From assembly GCF_963921235.1 (NCBI RefSeq), contig NC_086109.1:13332001-13396000 (forward strand): a DNA stretch of 64,000 bases, written 5' to 3'. This document shows positions 25,486 through 38,649 of this stretch, one piece after another; the first letter of the stretch is position 1, and every line of letters starts with the position of its first letter. A program made the position numbers and the translations under genes. Below the pieces are notes generated by a model that did no database searches, had not been told where the DNA came from, and saw only the letters and a program-made list of their open reading frames with translations. The stretch comes from Mobula hypostoma. Taxonomy: Eukaryota.

Positions 25486-26310
25486 CAAAATGGCACCGAC
25501 ACCAGAGGATAAAGGAAATAACACCTTTGGTTGGCTCCGTAGAAGCCACGGCGACTGTGGTCATCTTACCAGAATGACGCGCTCAGTTGCAGTGGCTTCT
25601 GCATGGCCAGCAAAATGTGCTATTGCCATTTTATGATCACAAGACCCTGCTAGACTTTAAGAATTTAAAGTACTGCATGTCTCCCCCATCAGTGAATTTC
25701 TCATTGGTGCAGAAATTGAAGGAGCTGGACTCGGTGCGGATCGCACTGCTGCCCGTATCAGAGAGGCTTCAGAGGAGTCAGTTCATAAAGGCAGTGCGCA
25801 GTCCAACAGCGAATGATCACCTTAGTTGCTTTTCTAGTGGCTGCAAGAACCTGTTGGACATCGTTAATGTGGAATGCTGCAAGTCCGATTCACTGACACG
25901 TTGGCGGACACCAGGAGCGGATGGAGGGGGAGCAGCATGAGGACTAGGCCACAAGCCGCGGTGTTGCCTGTTTACAGCCACCCAGGAGAGAGGTGTCCAA
26001 GTCAGTGCCCTCCACCAGAGTGTGGGGGGCAGTGTGGCGGGGCAGCCAGTCTCAGCTGGTGCTCAGCAGAAGACAAGCCATATTGTGTTTGAATGGAGAC
26101 TGCTGCAATTCTCATGGACTCAGGGTCTTGGACTATATTTTTTTTTGTTTGTGACTATATTTTACTGATATTGTATATGTGTTATATGCACCTTATGGTG
26201 TGTATGACACTGTGTGTTGCTTCTTGCCCTGGAGTAATACTGTTTCATTTGGCAGTGTTCATGGGTGTCCGTGCATAGCTGAATAACAATTAAATTTGAA
26301 CTTGAACTTA
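25486..26310 (+). mobile_element. Non-autonomous LINE-derived retroposon (possibly Rex/Babar-related)
   Basis: AAAATGGC start and (TTGAAC)-type tail; a related copy lies at ~28340-28810. Confidence 0.45.
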
Positions 26311-26789
26311 ATATTTAGCCAGTGGGTGTTAGTCATTCCATTACTTAATCAGCTTTCTTGTTCTTTTAATACTTTCATTAAATAACAAGGAAAACAAATT
26401 TCTGTAACCCCGGATGTGATGATGTGCAGAGGTGATTCAACACTTTTATCAACTGGTATTTTATTTATCTATTTCTTTCTTTCTTTATTTTACTTACTGA
26501 TTTAGAGCGAGGAACAGGGCCTTTCATCCCTTTGAGCCGCGCAGCCCAGCATCCCACTGACTTACCCCTAGCCTGATCACAGGACAATCTTCAGTAACCA
26601 ATTAAATACTAACCTGGATGGTGGGAAGAAACCGGAGCATCCGGACGAAACCACCCACACACGGGAAGGAAGGAACGTACAAACTTGCTTATAGAGGGCG
26701 CAGGAATTGAACTTCAAACTCTGATGCTCCATGCAGTAATAGCAACATGCTAACCGCTAAGCTACTGTAGCATTGCAATTTTGAGACTT

Positions 26790-27945
26790 TAACAGCAGAA
26801 TTAGTCTTTTCGGACCATCAAGTCTGTGCTGCCATTTCATTATGGCTGATGTATTATTCCTCTCAACCCTATTCACCCACGTTCTTTCCATAACCTTTGA
26901 TGCCTTTACTAATTAAGAACCTATCAGCCTCCACTTCAAATATACTCCGTGATTGCAGATTGACTCTTTATACTGCAGATTCACTACCCTCTGGCTAAAG
27001 AAATTCCTTCTCATTTCTGTTCCAAATGGACTTCTCTCTATTCTGTGGCTGTGACCTCTGGTCCTAGCCTCCCCCACTATAGGGAAAGTCCTCTCTGCAT
27101 CCACTTTATCAAGGCCTTTGAATATTTGATAGGTTTCAATGAGATCACCTAAAACCTGGCAAGTACATGTCCACAGCCATCAAATGCTCTTCATACATTA
27201 ACACTTTCATTCCCAAATCATTCTTGTGAAATTCCTCTGGAGCTTCTCCAATGCCAGCACATCTTTTCCTAGAAAAAGGACCCAAAACTGCTCACAATAC
27301 TCCATGTATGATCTGATCCATGCCTTATAAAGCCTCAACATAGCATCCTTGCTCTTATATTCTAATTCTATTGAAATGAATGCTAACATTGCATTTGTCT
27401 TCCTTACCACCAACTCCACTTACAAGTTACCCTTCAGGGAATCCTGCACAAGGACTCTCAAGTATGTTTGCACCTCTAATTTTTTTTTAATTTTCTTCCC
27501 TTTAGAAATAGCCTACAGCTTTATTCCTTCTACCAATGTGCATGACCAGACACTTCCCTACGCAATATTCCATCTGCTGTTTCTTTGGCCCTTCTCCTAA
27601 TCTGCCCAACTCCGTCTGCAGCTTCTCTGATCCCTCAACACTACCTACTCATCTGCTTACCTCCGTATCACCCGTAAAGTTGACCACAAAGTCATCAAAT
27701 CACAAACAAGAGAAAATCTGCAGATGCTGGAAATCCGAGCAACACACACAAAAGGCTGGAGGAGCTCAGCAGGCCAGGCAGCATCTATGGGAAGAAAAAT
27801 GTAGTCGACGTTTGGGTCGAGACAGCAACTGTACTTTCTTTCCATGGATGCTGCTTGACCTGCTGAGTTCCTTCAGCATTTTGTGTGCGTTGCACAGAGT
27901 CATCAATTCCATCATCCAAATCATTGATGTAATGAGGAGTTGAGA
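26790..27945 (-). mobile_element. Decayed CR1 3' fragment
   Basis: NAMLAFIS...EYKSKDAMLRLYKA...EYCEQFW and RTRGHS...RRNFFSQRVVNL motifs. Confidence 0.8.
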
Positions 27946-29357
27946 GAAGATGCGTTTGTTTTCCCTGGAGTGGAGGAGCCTGGGATGAGACCTGATTGAT
28001 ATATTCCACTTTTTTAGGGGCATTGATAGAATAGAAATTTTCTCCCTGATCAGAGGTATCTATGACCGGAGGGTTAAGTTAATAGGGTTATGAGATTTGA
28101 GGAATAATGTTTTCACCAAATGTGCAGTTGAAATCAGGAACACATTTCCTGAACGAGTGCTGGAGGCAGAGGTGTTCACTCATTCATTGTTTAGTATTTT
28201 AGTTACTTAGAGATACAGCTCGTTACAGGCCCTTCGGATTCAACAAGCTGGTGCCACCCAGTTACACTCATGGGACCAATTAACTGACCCACCCATACAT
28301 CTTTGGAATGTGGGAGGAAACCCATATGTTGGTGAGGCCGAATTTCAAGTATTGTGTGCACTTCTGATCACCTGCCTGCAGCTCTATTGAACTCTATTGA
28401 GATCGATTGGTTTTCAATATATATATTTTGTGTTTGTATTTTAATGCTATATCAGCTTGTTATTTTGTATATGCGAGGACTAGGCCTTAAGCCGTGGTGT
28501 CACCTGTTCACAGCCGCCAGGAGAGAGACGCCTGAGCCAGCGAGCCCCAGCGGGGGTGGTGTGGCGCAGCGTTCGGGCTGGAGTCGGTGCTGCCCTCCAG
28601 TGTGCGCTCGGCAGAAGACAAGCTCTGTGGTCAACTGTAGATTGATGGCTCGAGTTTGAACCATTTCACGCGTGGCTGTAATACCAATATGTACATCCTA
28701 TATTGTGCTGAGTGTGACGGTTGGTGCAGTGTCCACGGAGTAATGCTATCTTGTTCGGCTGTATTCATGTATGGTTGAATGACAATTAAGCTTGAGTTGA
28801 ATTGAATTGAAAGATGTCAAAAGGATTGAAAGAGTACAGAGGAAATTTAGAATGATTTTGCTGGGATTTGAGGACCTGAATTTTAGGGATAGGTTAATTA
28901 CGTTAGCCTAGAATGAGGGGAGATCTTACAGAGGTATACACAATTATAGGGAGGGTGAATTCAGGCAGTCTTTTTCCACTGGGTTGGCTGAGACTAGAAC
29001 TACAGGTCATAAGTTTATGGTGGGGAAATATTTAATGGGAACCAGAGGGAGAAGTTGTTAACTCAAAGGGTTAAGCCACCAGTGGAAGCAGTGGATGCAG
29101 TTTTAAGAGAAGTTTGGTTAGGTGCATGGCTGAGATGGGCATGGATATCTATGGTCTGGGTGTAGGTAGATAGCATTCGATCAAAACCAGGTCAGCAGAG
29201 ACTAGATGTTTCAAAGTGTATGCTTCAGTACTGTAGTGCTCTATGCCTCTATGATATATTGAAAAGTTAATGGGTAATTAAGGACTTTATTATAATTGCA
29301 AAAGACTCCAAGTGTTGAATGTTAATAATAGTTGCTTGCACTGAACAGTGCACTTTC

Positions 29358-29797
29358 AAGTCAAGTCAAGTCAAGTCACTTCTTATTGTCATTTCGACCA
29401 TAACTGCTGGTACAGTACATAGTAAAAATGAGACAATGTTTTTCAGGACCATGGTGCTACATGAAACAATACAAAAACTACACTGAACTATGTAAAACAA
29501 CACAAAACTACACTAGACTACAGACCTACCCAGGACTGCATAAAGTGCACAAAAGAGTGCAGGCATTACAATAAATAATAAACAAGACAATAGGCACAGT
29601 AGAGGGCAGTGGGTTGGTGTCAGTCCAGGCTCTGGGTATTGAGGAGTCTGATAGCTTGGGGGAAGAAACTGTTACATAGTCTGGTCATGAGAGCCTGAAT
29701 GCTTCGGTGCCTTTTGCCAGATGGCAGGAGGGAGAAGAGTTTATATGAGGGGTGCGTGGGGTCCTTCATAATGCTGTTTGCTTTACAGATGCAGCGT
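29358..29797 (-). mobile_element. Rex/Babar-like LINE 3' end with (CTTGA)n tail
   Basis: IMKDPTHPSYKLFSLLPSGKR...NSFFPQAIRLLN; (CAAGT)n at 29358-29378. Confidence 0.8.
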
Positions 29798-30344
29798 GGG
29801 GGGTTGCTACCAGGTTTAGACAAGATCACAGAACTAGGAGTTGCTGGAAGACATTTAATTTTTTTAAAGGGTGCATCAAAACTGCCGAAATTCTCATTTA
29901 TCTTCACTGTTCACAATGGCTGTAAACACTGAAAATGAGCCATGCATGACATAGCAACCAACGGGGCTTCAAAGTCAGCAAAACCTTAAGTATGTGGGCT
30001 TCTTGCCAAATCCCTTTAAGGCTTTCCAAGCATGATAAATTAATTTTAGCTTAAAGCGATAATTTTGTTTTCATTCCTTATCAATTCAAAGAGTGTAAGT
30101 TTTTATTAAAGATTACTGTCTCTAAAGTAAACAACTAGTTTTCTTCCTTTGGCAATGAAATAGCTACACATATGATCTTAGAGTCAAAAAATCAGAAAGT
30201 CATACCTCACAGAATCAGGGTCCAAGTCAATGGTGCTCATACTGACCATCAATCTAATCTATCTACAGTTACCAAATGATTGTCCGTGCCGTTCTGTGCT
30301 TTGCAGTTTAAGGGCTTATCGGATGTTTCCTAAATCCTAAGGCT

Positions 30345-31050
30345 TTTGAAGGCATCGGCGAGACCACACTTGGATTATTGTGAGCAGATTTTGGCCCCTT
30401 ATCTAAGAAAGGATATGCTGGCATTCGAGAGCGTCTAGAGGAGGTTCAAAATAATTATTCCAGGAATAAAAGGGTTAATTTATGAGGGGCATTTGGTGGC
30501 TCTGGGTCTGTACTTGATGGGGTTTAGAAGAATGAGGGGATTTTTCATTGAAATCTATCAAATATTGAAGGGTCTTGACCTGAAACATTGGCTGTTTACT
30601 CTTTTCCATAGGTGCTGCCTGTCCCCCAGCATTTTGTATGTGATGCTTTGGATTTTCAGCATCTGCGGATGTTCTCATGTTTGAACATTGAAAGGCCTAG
30701 ATGCAGTGGAAGTCAAGAGCATGTTTCCTATTGTAGGGGCTTCTAGGATTAGAGGGCACAGCCTCAGAATACAAGGACTTTCCTTAAGAGCAGAGATGAG
30801 GACAAATTTATTTCACCGGGGGTTGGGTTGAATCCATGGAATTCATTGCCATAGACTGCTGTGGAGGTCAAGTCGTTGGATATATTTAAAGTGGAGATTG
30901 ATAGATTCTTGATTAATAAGGGTTGTTAGTGACTACAGGGAGAAGGCAGGGAAGTGGGATTGAGTGAGAGATAAAGAACCAGCCATAATGGAATGGTGGA
31001 GCAAACGCATGGGTCAACTAGCCTAATTCAGCTCCTATGTTTTATGGTCT
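30345..31050 (+). mobile_element. Decayed CR1 3' fragment
   Basis: Matches the CR1 3' region (HLDYCEQ..., RRMRG, RGHSL); contains a small Penelope-terminus insert. Confidence 0.7.
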
Positions 31051-31845
31051 TAGAGTATACTGTGAAAGACTCTGCCACCACGTAAAGCCATGCCATCCGA
31101 TCATAGGCACCTCCGCCGCAGAGTAAAGTGTCTTAGTGCCTGTCCTTTTGATGGCTCTCATACTTCTGTGCACTTCTTCCAGGTGACCCCTCAGAGTACT
31201 CTCTCCAAGAGAAACTAGCCTAACCTCTCCAGTCTCTCTTTGAACTGGAATATTCCATCCTAGACACACTGGGGATCTCCTCTGCACCCTTCCTGTAATA
31301 TGGTGACCAGCCCTGCACACAGTACTCAAAGAGCAGCCTAACCAATGTTTTATAAATTTGTACCTAGATCTCTCTGATCTTGTACTCTATGCCTCAACAA
31401 ATGAAGGCAAACATCCCAACTGCGTTCTCCCCCACCCCAAATTAGATCTCCACCCGCTTATTGGGATTAGATTCCACTACAATATCTTGTTCAATTAGTA
31501 AGTGATCAATATCATTTTGTAGTCTATAAACACACTCATTACAAATCAACATCATCACCAATTTTCTGATAGTAGATTTCCAAATTAGAAGTGCGTTTAT
31601 GTAGTGCCATCCTGTCTACCCAGCTTTTGGTCACCCACTGCTCCATCTCTGGAAGTGGTTTTCACTTCAGAGCCCACAGATCTGGAATGGAGACATTGGA
31701 TCTTGCCTACAGAAGTATTTGTAATAGGCACTGAATAAATATGTCAATAAATATGAATAAAATAAAGAGGAGGAGTGATTTAAAATGGATATTGTCTATA
31801 ATGGAGGTGCTAACTACAATCATCATTGCCTATATTAGATGAAAT

Positions 31846-33080
31846 GCATTACTGTGAAAAAGTCTTAGCACTTGAAAAAAAATTGTAAAGGCTTCAAAGG
31901 TTTCAAAGGTACATTTAATATCAGAGAAACGTATACAATATACATCCTGAAATACTTTTTCTTCACAACCATCTGCAAAAACAGAGGTGGCTCAAAGAAT
32001 GAATGGCAGTTAAATGCTAGAACCCCAAATCCACCCCCCAGCTCCCTCCACCCACACTTAAGCAACAGCAAAGCAATGATCCCCCCTCCCCCACCAGCAA
32101 AAAAAGCATCGGCACCCCCCCCCCACTGAGCACTCAAGCATGCAGCAAAGCGTCAATAAAGACACAGACTTGCTGTATCCCAAAGACTACTCATTCACCC
32201 AGTAATTCGACATACCACAGGCTTTCTCTCTCCCTAATAAGGAAAAAAGAGATGTCCCCATTTCGCAGCAAGAGGGGAGACATAACAAACAACTCGTTGA
32301 TTTACGATGTTAAAAGTCTGTCGTGTCACTTTTTCTGAGCTCTGTGCCCAAAGAACTCGGATCTCTGTGCACGCAGCCAGCAGCCAGCTCACTGCTTTCC
32401 ATCTTCCATGTACTCCCACGACACACCAATTTCCTGCAGTGGCACTGGCCAAGAACGCCCGCCTCCAGAGCCACGGAATCCCAGAACCTTGAAGGCGCAC
32501 TAGTCTTTTAGGCCGCGTCCTTGGTATATTGAATAGCGGCCAGTCGTGAGATCCAAGAGCGGGTCTCATTCCTGTAAAGAACTGAAGTTAGCATGTAACT
32601 CCAGGTCAGGGTCTTCAAAAGACCCCTGAAAGGGAAAAAGAGAGATATTGAAGACAGAAATAGAGCTGTTTCCGAAGAAGTAAGCAGAGGAGTCGCCATT
32701 GGGCGCCATCGTCCTCCTAAGCCAAAGTGAAGATGCTTTCAAAAACAAAGATATGAAAAGCTTCTAAATATCAAAAAATTACTATAAAGAGCAGTATAAT
32801 CAAAGATAAATCAAGTCAGTATTTGGGCGTGGCCTCCCTTTTCCTTTAAACCTGCACCAATTCTCTTAGGGTTGTACAGGTTTATAAGAAAATTGGTTAG
32901 TAGGTTGTTCCAAGCATCTTAGAGAACTTGCCACAGTTCTTCTGAAGACTTTGGCTTTCTTGCTTCCTTCTGGACAATCCTAGACAGCCACCATGATGTT
33001 GAGATCAGGGCTCTGTGCAGACTATACCATTTGAAACCATATAAAAATTCCAGTGTTTAGGACCTTTGTACAGTAAAGTA
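31846..33080. mobile_element. Degenerate non-autonomous Tc1-like element
   Basis: Ends resemble the CAGTACTGTGCAAAAGTCTTAGG TIR seen at 872-939; interrupted at 31890-32720. Confidence 0.5.
31890..32720 (-). mobile_element. Non-autonomous LINE-derived retroposon
   Basis: 5' AGGAGGACGATGGCGCCC and 3' (CCTTTGAAA)-repeat tail; no intact ORF. Confidence 0.55.
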
Positions 33081-33948
33081 TTTACAATAGGCCTCGCCAA
33101 TACTGAAGAAACTGCAATGGGCGTTACCCACAGTGGAGAATCTATTTACCAATGGCCTTTGTTATAATGGACTTTGCCTGTGGTGGAAAGCCATTTAGAA
33201 TGTACATTGGATGTGGTGGAAGAACTAGTTACAATGCTCAGTGCCTACCAGGGTGGAATTATTTACACTGGATGGTGTCTGCAGAAGAGGAGGATCTTAA
33301 ATGAAGATTCCCCAGAAAAGCAGAACCACTATGTACAAAAAAAATGAACTTGCCCAACACACATATGAGGGACCAAATGGCCTCCTTCATTGACATAAGC
33401 ATTTTTGGTTCCATGGTTTGTCAAGGCCACCTGTGAGAATCAAAATAACTATTCATGCTATCACTTGAACTGGGGACCAGGTGGAGGGTAAACCAATGAT
33501 CTGAAATTTAAGGGATTAAAGGTGTGGTAAATTGGTTAATTATTATCACATGTACTGAGGTACAGTGAAAAACTTGGTTTTGCATGCTCTCCATACAGAT
33601 CATTTCATTACATCAGTGCATTGGAATAGAAAAGCAAAAACAGTAGCAGAATGCAGAATGAAATGTTACAGTACCTGAAAACTTTGCTCTCTTTTTTCAC
33701 TATTTTTACAGATTTCTTGTTGCAATTTATAGTAATTTTCTATGCACTGCACTGAACTGCCACTTCAAAGCAACAAATTTCTCGGCCTACCTCACTGATA
33801 ATAAACCTTATTCTGATTTTGATTCTAAATTAAAGAGGAAATGCAGTGTAGGCAATCAAGGGGGCAAGAAGCCATAATTATAAACACTAGCAACACTCAC
33901 AATACGCTGGAGGAACTCAGCAGGTCGGGAAGCATCCATGGGAATGAT

Positions 33949-33986
33949 CAGTCAAGGTTTCGGGCCGGAACCCTTCATCAGGACTG
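33949..33986 (-). ncRNA. Minimal type I hammerhead ribozyme motif (stem III mutated)
   Basis: CAGTC CTGATGA A GGG TTCCGG CCC GAAA CCTT GACTG. Confidence 0.6.
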
Positions 33987-34968
33987 TAGAGGGAAGGGGC
34001 AGAGGCCCTATAAAGAAGGTGGGGGGAGGGTGGGAGGAGAAGGCTGGTAGGTTCCAGGTGAAAAACCAGTAAGGGGAAAGATAAAGGGGTGGGGGAAGGA
34101 AGACAGGGAGGTGATAGGCAGGAAAGGTGAAGAAGGAATAGGGGAAAACACAATGGGTAGTAGAAGGAGGTGGAACCATGAGGGAGGTGATAGGCAGCTG
34201 GGGGAGGTGGCAGAGTGAAATAGGGATAGGGGAAGGGAGGGGGAGGGAATTACCGGAAGTTGGAGAATTCTATGTTCATACCAAGGGGCTGGAGACTACC
34301 CAGACAGTATATGAGGTTTTCCTCCTCCAACCTGAGTTTAGCCTCATCATGACAGTAGAGGAGGCCATGTATGGACATATCCGAATGGGAATGGGAAGCA
34401 GAGTTGAAGTGGATGGCAACCGGGAGATCCTGTCTGTTTTGGCGGACGCAGCGGAGGTGCTCGACAAAGCGGTCCCCTAATCTGCGTCAGGTTTCACCGA
34501 TGTAGAGGAGGCCGCACCGGGAGCACCGGATGCAATAGATGACCCCAACAGACTCACAAGTGAAGTGTTGCCTCACCTGGAAGGACTGTTTGGGGCCCTG
34601 AATGGTGGCAAGAGAGGAGGTGTAGGGACAGGTATAGCACTTGCGCTTACAGGGATAAGTGCCAGCCCCTTGGTATGAAAATAGAATTCTCCAACTTCCG
34701 GTAATTCCCTCCCCCTCCCTTCCCCTATCCCTATTTCACTCTGCCCCCTCCCCCAGCTGCCTATCACCTCCCTCATGGTTCCACCTCCTTCTACTACCCT
34801 TTGTGCTTTCCCCTATTCCTTCTTCATCTTTCCTACCTATCACCTCCCTGCTTCCCCTCCCCCATCCCTTTATCTTTCCCCTTATTAGTTTTTCACCTGT
34901 AACCTTCCAGCCTTCTCCTTCCCACCCTCCCCCCACCTTATTTATAGGGCCTCTGCCCCTTCCCCCTA

Positions 34969-35006
34969 CAGTCCTGATGAAGGGTTCCGGCCCGAAACGT
35001 TGACTG
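34969..35006 (+). ncRNA. Minimal type I hammerhead ribozyme motif
   Basis: CAGTC CTGATGA A GGG TTCCGG CCC GAAA CGTT GACTG: stem I CAGTC/GACTG, intact core, GUU triplet. Confidence 0.75.
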
Positions 35007-35111
35007 ATCGTTTCCACGGATGCTGCCCGACCTGTTGAGTTCCTCCAGCGTGTTGTGAGTGTTGCTTTGACCCCAGCATCTGCAGATTATTTTGTGTTTA
35101 TTATAAACCCT

Positions 35112-36090
35112 AGAAGGTCTGCAGATGCTGGAAATAAAAAGCAACACACACAAAATGCTGGGGGAACTCAGCAGGTCGGGCAACATCTACGGAAATGAAT
35201 GAACAGCTAACGTTTTGGATTGGGACCCTTCTTCAGGACTGGAAAGAAAGGGAGATGATACAGGAATAAAAAGGAGGGGCAGAGGAGCAGCAGGATAGCT
35301 AGAGGGTGATCGGTGAAGCGAGGTGGGTGGGAAAGGTAAAGGGCTGGAGAGGAACAAAATCTGATAGGAGAGGAGAGTGAAGAAAGGGAAGGAGGAGGGG
35401 ACCCAGGGGAGGTAATAAGAAAATAAGAAGCCAGAGTGAGGAATAGGGGAAGAGAGGAGGGGAGGGGGATATTTTTATAACTGGAAAGAGACTTCGATAT
35501 TCATGCCAACAAGTTGGAGACTATGCAGACGAAACATAAGGTGTTTCTCCACCCTGAGGGTGGCCTCATCAGGGCACAAGAGAGCTGACATAATGGAACA
35601 GAAATGGGAGTCAGATTTAAAATGTTTGGCCACCGATAAGTTCTACGTTTTGCAGGTGGAGCAGAGGTGCTCAGTGAAGCTGTCCCACAATTTACGTTGT
35701 AGGGGAGGCTGCATTGGGAGCACCGGACACAATGGACAACCCCATCAGATTTGCAGGTAAAGAGTTGCCTCACCTGGGAGGACTGTTTGGGGCCGGAATG
35801 GAGGTCAGTGAGGAAGTGAGGGGCAGGTGTTGCAATTTGGCCACTTGGGATCAGCGCTGGGAGGGATATTAGTGGATAGGGACAATGGGGCAAGGGAATC
35901 ATGGAGGGAGTGATCCCTGCAGAAAGCAGAGAGAGGTAAAGATATGTTTGGTGGTAGGATCCCTTTAGGGATGGTGGAAGTTGTGGAGAATAATGTGTTG
36001 AATGCAGAGGCTCATGGGTAGGTAAGGACAAGAGGAACCCTATCACTGTTAATGCAGTGGGAAGATGGGGTGAGCATGAATGCTCTGGAA
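35112..36090 (-). mobile_element. Older Penelope-like element 3' fragment
   Basis: GPKQSSQVRQLFTCKSDGVVHCVRCSQC (GIY-YIG region remnant); decayed hammerhead at ~35205-35241. Confidence 0.8.
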
Positions 36091-37693
36091 CACCGTTAGG
36101 GTGCTGAGAAAGCCACATTAAGCCACTTTAAGATAGACTGTGATGTCAAGCGTCCATCTCAGTGCAATAAGGGACTGGAGGCTGAATTAGGAAGCAAAAA
36201 ATACTGGGAATATGGAAATACAGGGCTAGAGACAGGTTTGGTTTGGTGGGCAAAGATAAAGTGAAGGAAATGAGGCAGCTGACTACATAGTCTTGGTATG
36301 GACAGAATGGCATTGGCTCAGTTTCCATGAAGATAGATTGCAGGGAGTATGAGATAGGGAGATAATCTGTAAAAGGGCTTAGCCAAACATTTTTCCTGTA
36401 ATTTAATAAATCATCATGGCAGAAGTGAGCATGACTTGACAATCTGATACCAAACCAGACCCGGAAATGCCTGATATCAATGCAAGTTACTGCTTGGTTT
36501 TATTTTTATGTAAAGAGAAGCACGCATGAAAAATCAGCAGCTAGTGACATTTTCTCCGAAAATAAAGCCAGGAATGACTTAAGGCCCTTAAGCAATATTG
36601 TGTCTGTTCGCAGTTGGAACTTACTTGCTTTTTTTATTTTCCAGTGAAGCTAGGACCACGATAAATAACAGTTTATAATGTAACCCAATATGTAATATTT
36701 CACTAAGAGACTAACTGATATACAATGCACCCAGTATTTTCTTTAATCTAGCCAGCTTAATGCGAGTTAAATTTGCTGTCAGTATAAGACCTTTTGTGTG
36801 GAACAGACTATTCTACCAAACATTATGTGCAGTCATCACTGGGTGAGTCATTTATTGTCTGGCTCAGTGGATAGCTTATAGTTTAAGCCTTCAACCATGG
36901 ATTTCTTTGCTTATTATTTCACAACTCCCACGTTCTCATGAGTAACCCTTGTCTATCTTCCTGTAGATCTGAGTGCAGCTGCCTCATCCCAAGTGAATTT
37001 GAGTTCCGTGCATCCATAAAGAATTGGCCATTGTAATTAACTGATCTGTATAGATGGTATGCAAGACCCGGCTTCCGCGGAATCTCTGGTGGCATGCAGG
37101 CATATTGGTTAGCGTCACACATTATAGTGCCGGTGCCAGGGGTTCAATTCCCGCTTCTGCCTGTGAGGAGTTCATACATTTGTCCTGTAGCCATGTGGGA
37201 TCTCCCCAGGTGCTCCAGTTACCTCCCACATTCCAAAGATGTACCGGTTTATAGTTAATTGGTCACATGGGTGTAAATGAGCAGCACTGGCTCGTTGGCC
37301 TGGAAGACCTTGTTACCACGTTGTATCTCTAAATGAAATAAACCTTGGTACACATGACAACAATAAACCAATTTACAAATCTATCAGCATCTGTGTGTTG
37401 CTGATTCTTTCTGTGGGCTTCCAAAGTCTCTCCTCCCACCCACTTCATCATCTTTACAAACACTTCCTGATCTCAGAGTGTAGAAGAGGCCATTTGGCCC
37501 ACAACTTGGTGTCAAACCAATTTATTTAGTAATTAAGTACTTAACCACCACTTTCTGTAGTAATTTCTATTGCCTACTCAATCTTTGCCTCTCATAATTT
37601 TATAAATTTCTATTAGGGTTCCCCTCAGCCTCTGGTCCCCATAGAAAATAACCTGTCCAATCTGTCCTTATAAAGCCTCTCTCTTCAAGAGAG

Positions 37694-38090
37694 TTATTTA
37701 TTTATATACACACATTCTTTCTCTCTCTCTCCTTTTTCTCCCTCTGTCCCTCTCGCTATACCCCTTGCCCATCCTCTGGGCTTTCACCCCCTCCCCCTTT
37801 TCTTTCTCCCTGGGCCTCCTGTCCCATGATCCTCTCATATCCCTTTTGTCCAGCTCTTGGCTCCATCCCTCCCCCTCCTGTCTTCTCCTATCATTTTGGA
37901 TCTCCCCCTCCCCCTCCCACTTTCAAATTTCTTACTAACTCTTCCTTCAGTTAGTCCTGACGAAGGGTCTCGGCCTGAAACGTCGACTGTACCTCTTCCT
38001 AGAGATGCTGCCTGGCCTGCTGTGTTCACCAGCAACTTTGATGTGTGTGGCTTGAATTTCCAGCATCTGCAAAATTCCTCGTGCTTGCGC
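37694..38090 (+). mobile_element. Penelope-like 3' terminal repeat fragment
   Basis: Reverse-complement match to 62296-62690. Confidence 0.8.
37952..37989 (+). ncRNA. Minimal type I hammerhead ribozyme motif
   Basis: TAGTC CTGACGA AGG GTCTCGG CCT GAAA CGTC GACTG: intact core, GUC cleavage triplet. Confidence 0.78.
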
Positions 38091-38649
38091 TCTTCAAGAG
38101 CAACTCTGGTTTCTTACCCTGCCCAGATATCACTCCATAAATAATGGCTGCTCCTTGGCTAGCAAGGCCTTGACTCTAGAACTCACCTGTAAACCTCTCT
38201 ACTTCTCTTCCCGCACTCGGCTACAAATCATTCCTTCTTTAGATATCCTCCTTTCCTTAGATATCTCTATTTGTTGGTGGCTCTGTGTTGTTGAGCTTGG
38301 TTTCATAATATTGCTTTTAAAGCCTCTTAGAGTGTTCCATTGAAGCAGAGCGCATGCATTTAAGGTTCTGGAGGGCAAGTTCAAAAGAAGTGTGAGGGGC
38401 AAGATTTTTTTACGGAGAGCAGAGTGGGTGCCTGTAACGCTCTCCCTGAGATGGTGGCATTGAATGAGAAGCAAATGAAAGGTTGTGGTCACCGTGTAGG
38501 TAGAGGAGATTAGTTTACCTGGCCACTTGATTACAAAGTTAATTGGATCGGCACAACATCGTGGGCTGTAGTACCTGTTCCCATGCAGTACTGTTCTATG
38601 TTCAAGAAGACTTACTAAGTCCGCATTTTGTTGCTATCGCTCATGCAAC

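Larger units (their letters stand above)
33887..35101. mobile_element. Penelope-like element 3' fragment (minus) with an inverted copy of its terminal repeat (plus)
   Basis: 33893-34278 and 34672-35062 are ~390-bp inverted repeats. 34280-34666 encodes a GIY-YIG remnant similar to 63660-64000. Confidence 0.9.

Noticed and set aside
36146..36442. 98-aa ORF in non-repetitive sequence, and similar short ORFs
   Set aside because: No recognisable motif or splice support; the length is expected by chance.
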